DNA of 64,000 nt from Ruminococcus sp. Its GTDB lineage: Bacteria > Bacillota > Clostridia > Oscillospirales > Acutalibacteraceae. Position 1 is the first letter of the stretch. Every line of letters starts with the position of its first letter. The notes under the pieces are model-generated. The model saw only the letters and a program-made list of their open reading frames with translations, was not told where the DNA came from and did not search any database. Positions 49,735 through 58,662 of this stretch are shown one piece after another. The DNA is taken from the NCBI GenBank assembly GCA_017395925.1, contig JAFQNJ010000043.1, positions 18,486 through 82,485 of the forward strand, written 5' to 3'. The translations under genes were made by a program, and so were the position numbers.

Positions 49735-49922
49735 GGGAATTGCCTGTTCTTTTTAAAGAAAAATCGCTGTGTACGGGTTGTGCAGCTTGCTTTAATGCCT
49801 GTGCCTCAAACGCAATCAGAATGGTAGAGGACAGCGAGGGATTTGAATATCCCGAAATTGATGAAAAAATCTGTATCAGATGCCTTAAATGCCTCAAAGC
49901 GGCACCTTGCCGTAATGAATAA
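49731..49922 (+). CDS. 2[4Fe-4S] dicluster protein
   Basis: CTGCAAC...C, D.EGFEYP.ID, CIRCLKC...PC; ATGA-type overlap. Confidence 0.85.
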   Translation: MRELPVLFKEKSLCTGCAACFNACASNAIRMVEDSEGFEYPEIDEKICIRCLKCLKAAPCRNE

Positions 49923-50169
49923 TAAACAGAAGCAAAGAGAAGTCTTCTCACGGCAGAAGATTTCTCTTTTTTTGCCAAGTTATATATTTCGCTTTTCAGC
50001 ACATACTATACTTGCAACATCAAAACAAGAAGTTGAGAGTTGCGGACAGCAGAAGATTTGTATTTGATTTTTACAGAGTAAATGACTGCACTTTGCTGTA
50101 CTTCCGCTAAGTTTTCACGGAGTACAGTCGGGGTAGTGCGAAAACTCTTTGATAAGATTTTGCTGTTAA

Positions 50170-50209
50170 AAAAGCTCCCTGTCTCATACGCGGCAGGGAG
50201 CACTTTTTT
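50170..50209 (+). terminator. Intrinsic terminator
   Basis: gctccctg...cagggagc followed by a T-run. Confidence 0.75.
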
Positions 50210-50360
50210 AGGTTGGATAACGAGTGCTGACGATTATTCTATTAAATGTCAGTTTTTGAAGATATTTCATATCATATACTCTTCTTTGATACACATAATA
50301 ATCTTGCGGTGAAAACCGCCTCAAATAAGAAATGAAAGTTTAAGAAAAGGAGTAATAAAA

Positions 50361-50552
50361 ATGTCTAAGAACAACATCGTAGTTCCCGAGGCAAAGGATG
50401 CACTCGACCGTTTCAAGATGGAAGCAGCCGCTGAAGTAGGCGTTAACCTCAAGCAGGGTTACAACGGCGACCTCACTTCACGTCAGGCAGGCAGCGTTGG
50501 CGGCCAGATGGTAAAGAAAATGATTGAGTCCTATGAAAAGGGCCTCAAGTAA
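50361..50552 (+). CDS. Alpha/beta-type small acid-soluble spore protein
   Basis: ALDRFKME.A.EVGV, LTSRQAGSVGG.MVK. Confidence 0.95.
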   Translation: MSKNNIVVPEAKDALDRFKMEAAAEVGVNLKQGYNGDLTSRQAGSVGGQMVKKMIESYEKGLK

Positions 50553-50637
50553 GAGTTAAAGATAAATATTTTCCGGATAGCGGAAATAAAAAAGACCGTC
50601 GGTAATGACCGGCGGTCTGATTCTTTTAGTACGACAA

Positions 50638-51126
50638 TCAATATCCCTTGGTTGCGTCCAGGGATTCGTCGTTTTCAATCCATTCCTCAACGTAGAGAGC
50701 AGTGAATTTCTCCTTGTTGTTGCGGATGACAACTCTGGAGATACCTGCATTGATAATCATTCTCTTGCAGAGGGCACAGGCACTTGCATTTTCTACATAA
50801 GCACCTGTAACGGCATCTTTGCCCACAAGGTAGAGTGTAGCACCTATCATACGCTCGCGGGAAGCGTGGATGATGGCATTCTGTTCTGCATGAACGCTTC
50901 TGCACAGCTCGTATCGCTCGCCTCTGGGAATGTTGTTGGTTTCTCTGACGCAGTGACCAAGGTCAATGCAGTTCTTTCTGCCTCTGGGTGCACCCACATA
51001 GCCTGTGGATACAATCTGGTCGTTGTTGACGATAATGGCACCAAAGTTGCGTCTGAGGCAGGTGCCTCTCTCAAGAACGGTTTCTGCGATATCGAGATAA
51101 TAGTTTTCCTTATCTATTCTGACCAT
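50638..51126 (-). CDS. dCMP deaminase / ComEB family
   Basis: TCLRR..GA, HAEQNA, CxxC. Confidence 0.9.
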   Translation of the reverse strand: MVRIDKENYYLDIAETVLERGTCLRRNFGAIIVNNDQIVSTGYVGAPRGRKNCIDLGHCVRETNNIPRGERYELCRSVHAEQNAIIHASRERMIGATLYLVGKDAVTGAYVENASACALCKRMIINAGISRVVIRNNKEKFTALYVEEWIENDESLDATKGY

Positions 51127-51211
51127 AATTACATCCTTCCCGATAACTTAGTCAAGTCATCATATTTATGAATTAATAGTGATATATTTAAGTATAAATG
51201 CCAAGGAAAAG

Positions 51212-51457
51212 TTACTGTTGCTCATTAAGCTTTCCGAGGCAATCTTTACAGATGCATTTTCCGTTCAGTTCAGTGAGATTCTCGACATTGTTGCAGAATA
51301 CGCAACCGGGCTGATACTTCTGCATAATAATCTGACTCTCTGTTGTGAACAGTTCCATACACACGCCGTCTTCAAGACCGAATTGCTTGCGTAACTGTTT
51401 GGGAATAACCACCCTTCCCAGAGCATCAATTCTGCACAGATAACCAGCAGCTTTCAT
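51212..51457 (-). CDS. AbrB-family transition-state regulator
   Basis: RIDALGRVVIPK.LR, KY.PGCVFC...IC..C; SigA promoter TTGACA-17-TAAAAT at 51516-51488. Confidence 0.9.
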   Translation of the reverse strand: MKAAGYLCRIDALGRVVIPKQLRKQFGLEDGVCMELFTTESQIIMQKYQPGCVFCNNVENLTELNGKCICKDCLGKLNEQQ

Positions 51458-51636
51458 AAATAACCCCACCTTTCTCCTTGTGATTTTATTTTACCAACGA
51501 TTACAGACGATGTCAACAAAATTTCAGAATAATCCCCTCAATATTTTGTAATGTGAGCGGTATGTTTGCCGGGGGTTTGTCGATTGATGACGAGTTTTGT
51601 CGTAAATAGAAAAAAGTATCTGGCGAGGTGATTTTC

Positions 51637-52272
51637 ATGATGAATTATTTATGGGCGGGGATGATACTGCTTAGTCTTCTGGCAGGGGTTTTTCTGGGGA
51701 ATCCGGAGGGTTTCTCTTCCTCTGTAATGGATGGGGCAACGGAGGCGACAGAGCTTCTGATTTCTGTTGTGGGTATAATATGCTTTTGGTCAGGGATGAT
51801 GGAGATAGCCAAAAGAAGCGGGATAACAGATTATCTGGCGAAACTGTTTTCGCCTGTGATGAGGCTTTTATTTCCTGCGGTAAAACGAGACTCCGAGGCT
51901 ATGCGCTATATGACCCTGAATATAAGTGCGAATTTGTTGGGACTGGGCAACGCCGCCACACCATTGGGAATTGAGGCAATGAAGGCTTTGCGAAAGGAGA
52001 GCCCTCTTGAGGATACCGCCTCGGATGAAATGGTGCTGTTTGTAGTGCTCAACACAGCATCTCTTCAGCTTCTTCCCACAACGCTCGGTGCATACAGGGC
52101 AAATTACGGAAGCAAGTCACCCTTTGACATAATGCCTGCGGTGTGGGTTTCTTCAATAGCGGCTCTTGTTGCGGGAGTGACGGTGGCAAAGACCTTCTGT
52201 CTGATTAAAAGAAGAACTCCCTCTCATCAAAGAAAACTCAAAAAACACGGGAGGTATGAGGTGTGGATCTGA
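51637..52272 (+). CDS. spmA: Spore maturation protein A
   Basis: ANLLGLGNAATPLG, NTASLQL.PTT. Confidence 0.93.
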   Translation: MMNYLWAGMILLSLLAGVFLGNPEGFSSSVMDGATEATELLISVVGIICFWSGMMEIAKRSGITDYLAKLFSPVMRLLFPAVKRDSEAMRYMTLNISANLLGLGNAATPLGIEAMKALRKESPLEDTASDEMVLFVVLNTASLQLLPTTLGAYRANYGSKSPFDIMPAVWVSSIAALVAGVTVAKTFCLIKRRTPSHQRKLKKHGRYEVWI

Positions 52273-52772
52273 TTGTTCCTTTGACTGTGACGGCGTTTGT
52301 ACTGTTTGGACTTGTTAAAAAGGTGAGGGTTTTTGATGCGTTTCTCTGCGGAGCAAGAGAAGGTCTCAACACAGTATATACCATTGCTCCCACCTTGGTA
52401 GGACTCATAACCGCGGTTTTTATGCTTCGTACCAGCGGTGCCTTTGACTTTCTGACAGAGTTGATTTCCCCTGTTGCGGAGTTTCTGGGATTTCCGCCCG
52501 AGATTGTTCCCGTGGCACTTCTGCGCCCTGTGTCGGGGGGAGGCAGTACAGCATTGCTTGTGGGGATTTTTGAGGACTTCGGCCCCGATAGTTTTGTGGG
52601 AAGGATTGTATCGGTTATGGCAGGTGCTACCGAAACCACTTTTTATGCGGTGGCGGTGTATTTTTCAAGTGCCGGCATAAAGAAAATCCGTCACACCCTT
52701 ATTGCGGGGTTAGTGGCGGATTTTACGGCGGTGGTGTTTTCGGTGTTGACGGTACGGCTTTTTTTAAACTGA
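52263..52772 (+). CDS. spmB: Spore maturation protein B
   Basis: LLRPVSG, GPDSF.GR, G.TETTFY..AVYF. Confidence 0.93.
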   Translation: MDLIVPLTVTAFVLFGLVKKVRVFDAFLCGAREGLNTVYTIAPTLVGLITAVFMLRTSGAFDFLTELISPVAEFLGFPPEIVPVALLRPVSGGGSTALLVGIFEDFGPDSFVGRIVSVMAGATETTFYAVAVYFSSAGIKKIRHTLIAGLVADFTAVVFSVLTVRLFLN

Positions 52773-52812
52773 ATAATATTTATTTTGCCGTCGGTGGTGC
52801 CGACGGCTTTTT

Positions 52813-54213
52813 TTATCTCAGTCGCAGTACCTTGTTTATAAATGCTTTTCCGTTAAAGGGAATAAGGGGATAGAGATAGCTTTTGCCTGATACGGTTTTG
52901 TTGGTGAGGAGAAGCACGGCGATAATTATAAGTCCTGCAAGGAATCCCCAAAGGTTGAAAATGGTGGTGAGTATCAGCAGAAGAACTCTCATAAACTTGA
53001 TGCAGTAGCCGAGTTCGTAGCTGGGCTGTGAGAAGGATGCAATGGTGACAAATGCCATGTAGAGCATCGCCTCTGTGGAGAACCAGCCTACGTCAATAGT
53101 GAATTCCGAAAGGGTTATGGCACCGATTATTCCAAGGGTGCCCGAAAGACTTGAGGGGGTATTGAGGGCGGCAAGTCTCAGTCCGTCAATGGCTATTTCA
53201 AGTATCAGCAACTGAAACAATATAGGAATATTGAAATTTTCCGTTGTGACAACAAAACCCAGAAAATCAGGAACGTATTCAGGGTTTTGCTGGGCAAGTA
53301 ACCACAGGGGAGTTATGAAAAGTGATGCCAGAATAATGAGAAATCTGGAGAGCCTCAGATAGGTGCCTGTGACGGGAGGAAAGTAGTAATCGTCGGGCTC
53401 TTCTGTTATATCAAAAATTGAGGTGGGGAGTACAAGTGCTGACGGAGAATTGTCCACAAGTATGATAATATTTCCCTTCATAGCATTGGCGGCGGCAGAG
53501 TCAGGACGCTCGGTGTATTTGATTTTCGGGAAGGGATTGAACCACTTTTTCGGATATATTGCCTCGATAAGGCTCTGCTGATTCATTGCCAGCGAGTCCA
53601 CCCTGACGTTTTCGATGCGTTCGATAATTGCACTCAGAAGTTTATGGTCAACCTTATCTTCCATATAGCAGACCGCTACGTCGGATTTTGAGGAGCGACT
53701 GACAGAGAAGGGCTTTACCGTGAAATTAACATCCCTTATTCTTCGCCTTATGAGGGCCACGTTGCTGATGATGGTTTCCACGAATCCGTCCTTGCTGCCT
53801 CTGACTACCTTGTCGTCGTCGGGCTCACTTGTCTGGCGTTGGGGATAGGTTCGGGTATCCATCATAATGGCTTTGTCAAAGCCTTCGATAAATAGAGCTG
53901 AGATACCGCTGAGAATATTTATGCAGATGGTTTCGGGGTTGTCTTCGGTGTTGACCTCGATGTAGGGCACGCAGTTTTCTGCAAAGGTGTCGGCATCTTT
54001 CAGAGAATCTTCATCGGTAACAGAGTAGAAAAATGTCATGATTTTCCCCATAACCGTATCTTTGACAAGCCCGTCCACTGAATATATACGTGCACGTTTT
54101 TTGCAGATAACGATATCTCTCCTGATGATATCAAAGCTTTCGTCTGCACGCAGTTTTTTATCTATGAGCTCCAGATTGTAGTTGAGCTCATTTTTTAATC
54201 CTTTTTCTGTCAT
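52813..54213 (-). CDS. GerA/SpoVAF-family spore germination protein
   Basis: RTYP.R...EP...VVRGS.DGFVE, TERPD, VDNSP, C-terminal TMs. Confidence 0.9.
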   Translation of the reverse strand: MTEKGLKNELNYNLELIDKKLRADESFDIIRRDIVICKKRARIYSVDGLVKDTVMGKIMTFFYSVTDEDSLKDADTFAENCVPYIEVNTEDNPETICINILSGISALFIEGFDKAIMMDTRTYPQRQTSEPDDDKVVRGSKDGFVETIISNVALIRRRIRDVNFTVKPFSVSRSSKSDVAVCYMEDKVDHKLLSAIIERIENVRVDSLAMNQQSLIEAIYPKKWFNPFPKIKYTERPDSAAANAMKGNIIILVDNSPSALVLPTSIFDITEEPDDYYFPPVTGTYLRLSRFLIILASLFITPLWLLAQQNPEYVPDFLGFVVTTENFNIPILFQLLILEIAIDGLRLAALNTPSSLSGTLGIIGAITLSEFTIDVGWFSTEAMLYMAFVTIASFSQPSYELGYCIKFMRVLLLILTTIFNLWGFLAGLIIIAVLLLTNKTVSGKSYLYPLIPFNGKAFINKVLRLR

Positions 54214-54328
54214 AGAAAAATCACCCATGGATATTATGCCCTGAAAAGCAAGAAATATTTAATTCTTTACAGGAACAATAAATTTACTTTTTTTGAAAAA
54301 AACAATTATTTTTTTGAAATTTTCACGG

Positions 54329-54352
54329 AAATTGCATAAAACTATGCAATTT
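54329..54352. promoter_or_regulatory. Perfect 10-bp inverted repeat, candidate operator of the phage-like operon
   Basis: AAATTGCATA-aaac-TATGCAATTT. Confidence 0.55.
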
Positions 54353-54426
54353 TTATTACTTTTTCGGGTATGGTTGCAGAGCGTTTCGGGATGGAAAGAA
54401 AACATCCCTTAAAAAGGAGGAACTCT

Positions 54427-54924
54427 ATGAAAAGTAAAAAACTTACCGGCAGAGAAAAGAATTTCTGCCGAAGGTATGTCTGCGGGATAAGCCCCGGCGA
54501 GGCGGCAAAAAATGCGGGTTTTGATGGAGATTGTGAGCGAATAGCTCAGGAGCTTCTGTCTCGCGATGAAGTTATCGGCGAGATAGAAAGGCTGTGTCTC
54601 CTACGACGCAAGATATCTAATCAACTTGCTGTTTCGGGGTATGAGCGTCTTGCATTCGGCAGTATAGCTGATGCTGTGTCCTTGCTCTATATGGAGAATC
54701 CCACGGCAAAGGAGCTGAAGGGGATGGATTTGTTTTCAGTTTCTGAAATCAGACGTCCCAAGGATGGTTCTATGGAGATTAAGTTTTTTGACAGGCTCAA
54801 GGCATTGGAGAAGCTCAAAGAAAACTCACAGACGGAGAGTGGGGCCGCTTCCGTTTATGAAGCTATTCTTGCAGGTGCCAGAGCTCTGAATAAAAGTAAA
54901 GAGGATGAGTTCAGTGAGTCTTGA
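54427..54924 (+). CDS. Terminase small subunit
   Basis: LT.REK.F...Y......AA..AG N-terminal HTH, EIKF.DRLKALE.L motif; precedes TerL; RBS aaggagg. Confidence 0.8.
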   Translation: MKSKKLTGREKNFCRRYVCGISPGEAAKNAGFDGDCERIAQELLSRDEVIGEIERLCLLRRKISNQLAVSGYERLAFGSIADAVSLLYMENPTAKELKGMDLFSVSEIRRPKDGSMEIKFFDRLKALEKLKENSQTESGAASVYEAILAGARALNKSKEDEFSES

Positions 54925-56188
54925 ACCATTTTCAAAGAAACAGTTGCTTGTGCTCACCTGGTGGGCAGAGGGGTCAAGGTATAAGAGTTGTGATGCGGTG
55001 ATTTGCGACGGTGCCGTGCGTTCGGGCAAGACCTTCTGTATGGCGATATCCTTTATCGTCTGGGCTTTTTCCGAGTTTGATGGTGCGTCATTTGCAATCT
55101 GCTCAAAAACAATACGTTCAGTCAGACGAAATGTGACGACCCCTGTGCGTCGGGTGCTGGAAGATATGGGCTTTTGTGTGGAGGAAAAAATCTCGTCAAA
55201 TTACCTGCAAATAAGCTACAAGGGAAGGGTCAATACTTTTTACCTTTTCGGTGGCAAGGACGAGTCCTCTGCGGCACTGATTCAGGGAATGACTCTGTCG
55301 GGGGTGCTTCTTGATGAGGTGGCTCTGATGCCTCGCTCTTTCGTTGAACAGGCTCTGGCAAGATGCTCGGTTGCATCCTCAAAATTCTGGTTTAACTGTA
55401 ACCCCGAGCATCCTGCACACTGGTTCTATCGGGAATGGATCAAGAAAACCAAAGAAAAGAACGCTCTGTATATCCACTTCCTTATGGATGACAATCCTTC
55501 TCTCAAAGATGACGTCAGGAAAAGATATGAATCCCTATACTCGGGTGCTTTTTTCAGACGTTTTGTCAGGGGAGAATGGACGGCGGTGACAGGTGCTGTT
55601 TATCCCTTTATGGAAAAGGATGAGGCTTTCTGCGATGTGCCTTCGGGAGCTTTTTCGCAGTATGCTGTCTCCTGTGATTACGGCACCGTCAACCCTGCCT
55701 CTTTCGGATTGTGGGGCAGACAGGGAGATGTGTGGTACAGAATTGATGAGTATTACTACGACTCTAAAAAAGAAGGTTTGCAGCGTACCGACGAGGAGCA
55801 TTACCGTGCACTTTGCACACTTGTGGGAGACAGGTGTGTGGATACCGTGACGGTGGACCCCTCCGCGGCAAGTTTTATTCAGGTGATAGAGCGGCACGGA
55901 AAATACAATGTGCTGCCTGCCAAAAACTCGGTAACAGACGGCATCAGGCAGGTTTCCACCGCCTTAAAAGAGGGCAGGATAAAAATCTGCAGAAACTGTG
56001 CAGACTCGGTAAGGGAGTTTTCGCTTTATCGCTGGGATGAAAGGGAAGGGTCGGAGTCACCTCTCAAGGAAAACGACCATGCTATGGATGATATCAGATA
56101 CTTTGTATCAACAATTTTACAAGGCGGCGAGGAGGAGTTTTTTGCCTTTGCCGCTGACAGGAGGAAAGGCTGTGAAGCTGTTTTCTAG
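54905..56188 (+). CDS. Terminase large subunit (PBSX XtmB-like)
   Basis: Walker A GAVRSGKT, Walker B VLLDE, CNP, nuclease residues DYG, DPSA, NDHAMD..RY. Confidence 0.93.
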   Translation: MSSVSLEPFSKKQLLVLTWWAEGSRYKSCDAVICDGAVRSGKTFCMAISFIVWAFSEFDGASFAICSKTIRSVRRNVTTPVRRVLEDMGFCVEEKISSNYLQISYKGRVNTFYLFGGKDESSAALIQGMTLSGVLLDEVALMPRSFVEQALARCSVASSKFWFNCNPEHPAHWFYREWIKKTKEKNALYIHFLMDDNPSLKDDVRKRYESLYSGAFFRRFVRGEWTAVTGAVYPFMEKDEAFCDVPSGAFSQYAVSCDYGTVNPASFGLWGRQGDVWYRIDEYYYDSKKEGLQRTDEEHYRALCTLVGDRCVDTVTVDPSAASFIQVIERHGKYNVLPAKNSVTDGIRQVSTALKEGRIKICRNCADSVREFSLYRWDEREGSESPLKENDHAMDDIRYFVSTILQGGEEEFFAFAADRRKGCEAVF

Positions 56189-57317
56189 GAAAAACAAAAA
56201 TCAGGACACGGCACTTCAGACGGCTGTGTCAAAGAATAATTGTCGGCATCCTTTCTCAGCTATTGACAGGTATACTCCTCTGAGTGTTGCAGAGAGTGAA
56301 CTTTATTCGTCTTTGCGCGAGGCGGTGCCCATAATTGATGCCGCTATTTCAAAGTTGGTGAGGCTTCTGGGAAATTTTGAGGTCGCAGCGGAGGATGAAC
56401 GGTTTCAAAGTGAACTTCAGCACTTTGCAGAGAATGTTGAAAGCTTGGGTGGCAATCGAGGACTCTATAACTTTGTGTGTGCCTATTTTGACCAGTTGCT
56501 AACCTTTGGCACTGCGGTGGGAGAGATGATACCTTTTGCCGACGGTGACGGTATTTCAGGGCTTTACAATGCTTCTCTCAGAGATGTTGCAGTGGTGGAG
56601 GGGAAAAGTCCTATGGATACAGTAGTGTGTATTCGGGATGTGTCCCTTACTCCGGTGAAGGACCAGACCCTTGTTTTTTCAACACTTTTGAATCCTACTC
56701 CGGGTACGGTCTGTGGAAACTCTGTACTGAAAGGCTTGCCTTTCGTGAGTTCAATTCTGCTGAAGATTTTTACATCTGTGGGGCAGAACTGGGAGAGAGC
56801 GGGCAATATCCGCTATGCGGTTACATATAATCCCGGAAGCAACCCCACGCCAAATGCCAGACAGAGGGCTCAGGAGATAGCAACTGAATGGAGCCGGGCG
56901 ATGAGGGATGACAGCCGCGTGTGTGACTTTGTATCTGTGGGAGATGTGTCGGTGAAAGTTATCGGTGCGGACAATCAGATACTGGACTGCGATGTGCCGC
57001 TGAAGCATCTGCTGGAGCAGATTGTGTCAAAACTCTCAATCCCGCCATTCCTTCTGGGACTTGCCTGGTCAAGTACAGAGAGGATGAGTACGGTGCAGGC
57101 GGATATCCTCACCAGCGAGATAGAGTATTACCGTCTGCTTTTAACCCCTTTGATAAAAAGAATATGCAAAACCCATCTGCGACTTCTGGGAAGCGATACA
57201 GAAGTGAGTGTCGTATGGAGCAACATATCGCTTCAGGACGAGGCTCAGCTCTCTGAGGCAAGGCTCAATAATGCCAGAGCCGCGCAGATAGAAGAAACAT
57301 TGGAGGTGAAAGCTTGA
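56172..57317 (+). CDS. Phage portal protein
   Basis: Follows TerL; G.S.L..L and I...L.IPP.LLG portal-like motifs; GTG start after RBS aggagg. Confidence 0.8.
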   Translation: MKLFSRKNKNQDTALQTAVSKNNCRHPFSAIDRYTPLSVAESELYSSLREAVPIIDAAISKLVRLLGNFEVAAEDERFQSELQHFAENVESLGGNRGLYNFVCAYFDQLLTFGTAVGEMIPFADGDGISGLYNASLRDVAVVEGKSPMDTVVCIRDVSLTPVKDQTLVFSTLLNPTPGTVCGNSVLKGLPFVSSILLKIFTSVGQNWERAGNIRYAVTYNPGSNPTPNARQRAQEIATEWSRAMRDDSRVCDFVSVGDVSVKVIGADNQILDCDVPLKHLLEQIVSKLSIPPFLLGLAWSSTERMSTVQADILTSEIEYYRLLLTPLIKRICKTHLRLLGSDTEVSVVWSNISLQDEAQLSEARLNNARAAQIEETLEVKA

Positions 57318-58297
57318 AGGAAGGTACAGTGCTCAAATCCCTCAGTACACCTGTAACGGATGAGGAACTTGAGCTTATCAATAAATACACCCGAAGACCC
57401 TTCTCAGCAGAAGAGGTATACGCTTTTTCTTTGGTGCTCTGTGACAATGATGTGGACAGAGACTATGAGAGATTTACAGTAGAAGCTCTTTTTGAGATGG
57501 AGAAACTTTTTGTGGGCAAAACGGGAATTTTCGATCACAATCCCACAGCTTCAAATCAGACGGCAAGAATTTTCACTTGCAGAGTGGAGGCGGTAGAGGG
57601 CAGAAAAACCTGCACGGGAGATGAATATTTCCGGCTGACTGCCAGAGCGTATATGCCCCTTTGCGAGGAGACGAAAGGTATCATCACCCAGATTGAAAGC
57701 GGCATCAAAAAGGAGATAAGCGTGGGACTTTCCGCACAGAGGAAGGTGTGCTCTGTATGCTCTGTGGACAGAGGCGAGTCCCGTTGCGAACACAGAAAAG
57801 GTGAATATTACGGAGGGAAACTCTGTTACCACGAACTCTCGGGAGTAAGCGATGCTTATGAGTGGAGTTTTGTGGCGGTGCCTGCCCAGAGGGATGCGGG
57901 TGTAATCAAAGGCTTCAGTAATAGAGGCGGAAAGGAATTTTTACACGTGAAGGATATAATCAAATCTCTTGCCGGTGACAAGGAGGTCACCCTCAGCAAA
58001 TCCTCGGCAAAGGCTCTCGGCGAATATATCGAGGAGCTTGAAATCAAGGCGAAATCCGGCGAGGAATACCGCGGCGAACTTGTGGAGGAGGTTATCAGAA
58101 CCGCTCTCACAACACAATCGGGCTTGAGCAGAAAAACCATGGAGAAAGCTATTGGCAATCTGGGTATCGGTGAACTCAGGGAATTTCTCGCGGCTTTTAA
58201 ATCAAAAGGAAATAAAAAGGCTGCGGCAACTCCTCAGCTTCTGCCTGTGGCAAAAACAAACAGCCCGTCAAAGGGCAATAAAGAATTCAGAATTTAA
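57314..58297 (+). CDS. Prohead protease/scaffold fusion
   Basis: DRD.E.F, FDH, EISVG, EWSFVAVPA protease-like motifs; CxxC..C.H insert; helical C-terminus. Confidence 0.7.
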   Translation: MKEGTVLKSLSTPVTDEELELINKYTRRPFSAEEVYAFSLVLCDNDVDRDYERFTVEALFEMEKLFVGKTGIFDHNPTASNQTARIFTCRVEAVEGRKTCTGDEYFRLTARAYMPLCEETKGIITQIESGIKKEISVGLSAQRKVCSVCSVDRGESRCEHRKGEYYGGKLCYHELSGVSDAYEWSFVAVPAQRDAGVIKGFSNRGGKEFLHVKDIIKSLAGDKEVTLSKSSAKALGEYIEELEIKAKSGEEYRGELVEEVIRTALTTQSGLSRKTMEKAIGNLGIGELREFLAAFKSKGNKKAAATPQLLPVAKTNSPSKGNKEFRI

Positions 58298-58308
58298 CGG
58301 AGGTAATT

Positions 58309-58644
58309 ATGAATATCAGTTTTAACGGTTACGGTGACAACACAGTCACATTTGAGGCAGACAAGAGCCTCGAGAAAGCAGGTGTTCCTGTAAAAATCAC
58401 AGAGGAGGGTACAGTTGCCCCCTGTGAAGCAAATGATAAAATCTGCGGCGTTGCGGTGAATGTACGCGACGGATATGCGGCAGTTAAGATTTCAGGCTAT
58501 ACAGAGCTTCCCGTAAGCGGCGAGTGTCCTTTCGGTTTCGTAAAACTTGCGGCTTCCGCAGATGGCGGCGTTGCCGTTTGTGAAGATGGCAGAGAGGTTC
58601 TTGTTGTGACAAATGACGGCTCTGTTGCCGGATTTATTCTTTAA
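58309..58644 (+). CDS. Capsid decoration/cement-like protein
   Basis: 111 aa beta-rich (G.PVK...G.V....GVA) between protease and capsid genes. Confidence 0.55.
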   Translation: MNISFNGYGDNTVTFEADKSLEKAGVPVKITEEGTVAPCEANDKICGVAVNVRDGYAAVKISGYTELPVSGECPFGFVKLAASADGGVAVCEDGREVLVVTNDGSVAGFIL

Positions 58645-58662
58645 GAAAAGGAGTAATGAATA

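Noticed and set aside
56037-56171. Long N-terminal extension of the portal ORF
   Set aside because: It overlaps TerL; a GTG with a strong RBS at 56172 is more plausible.
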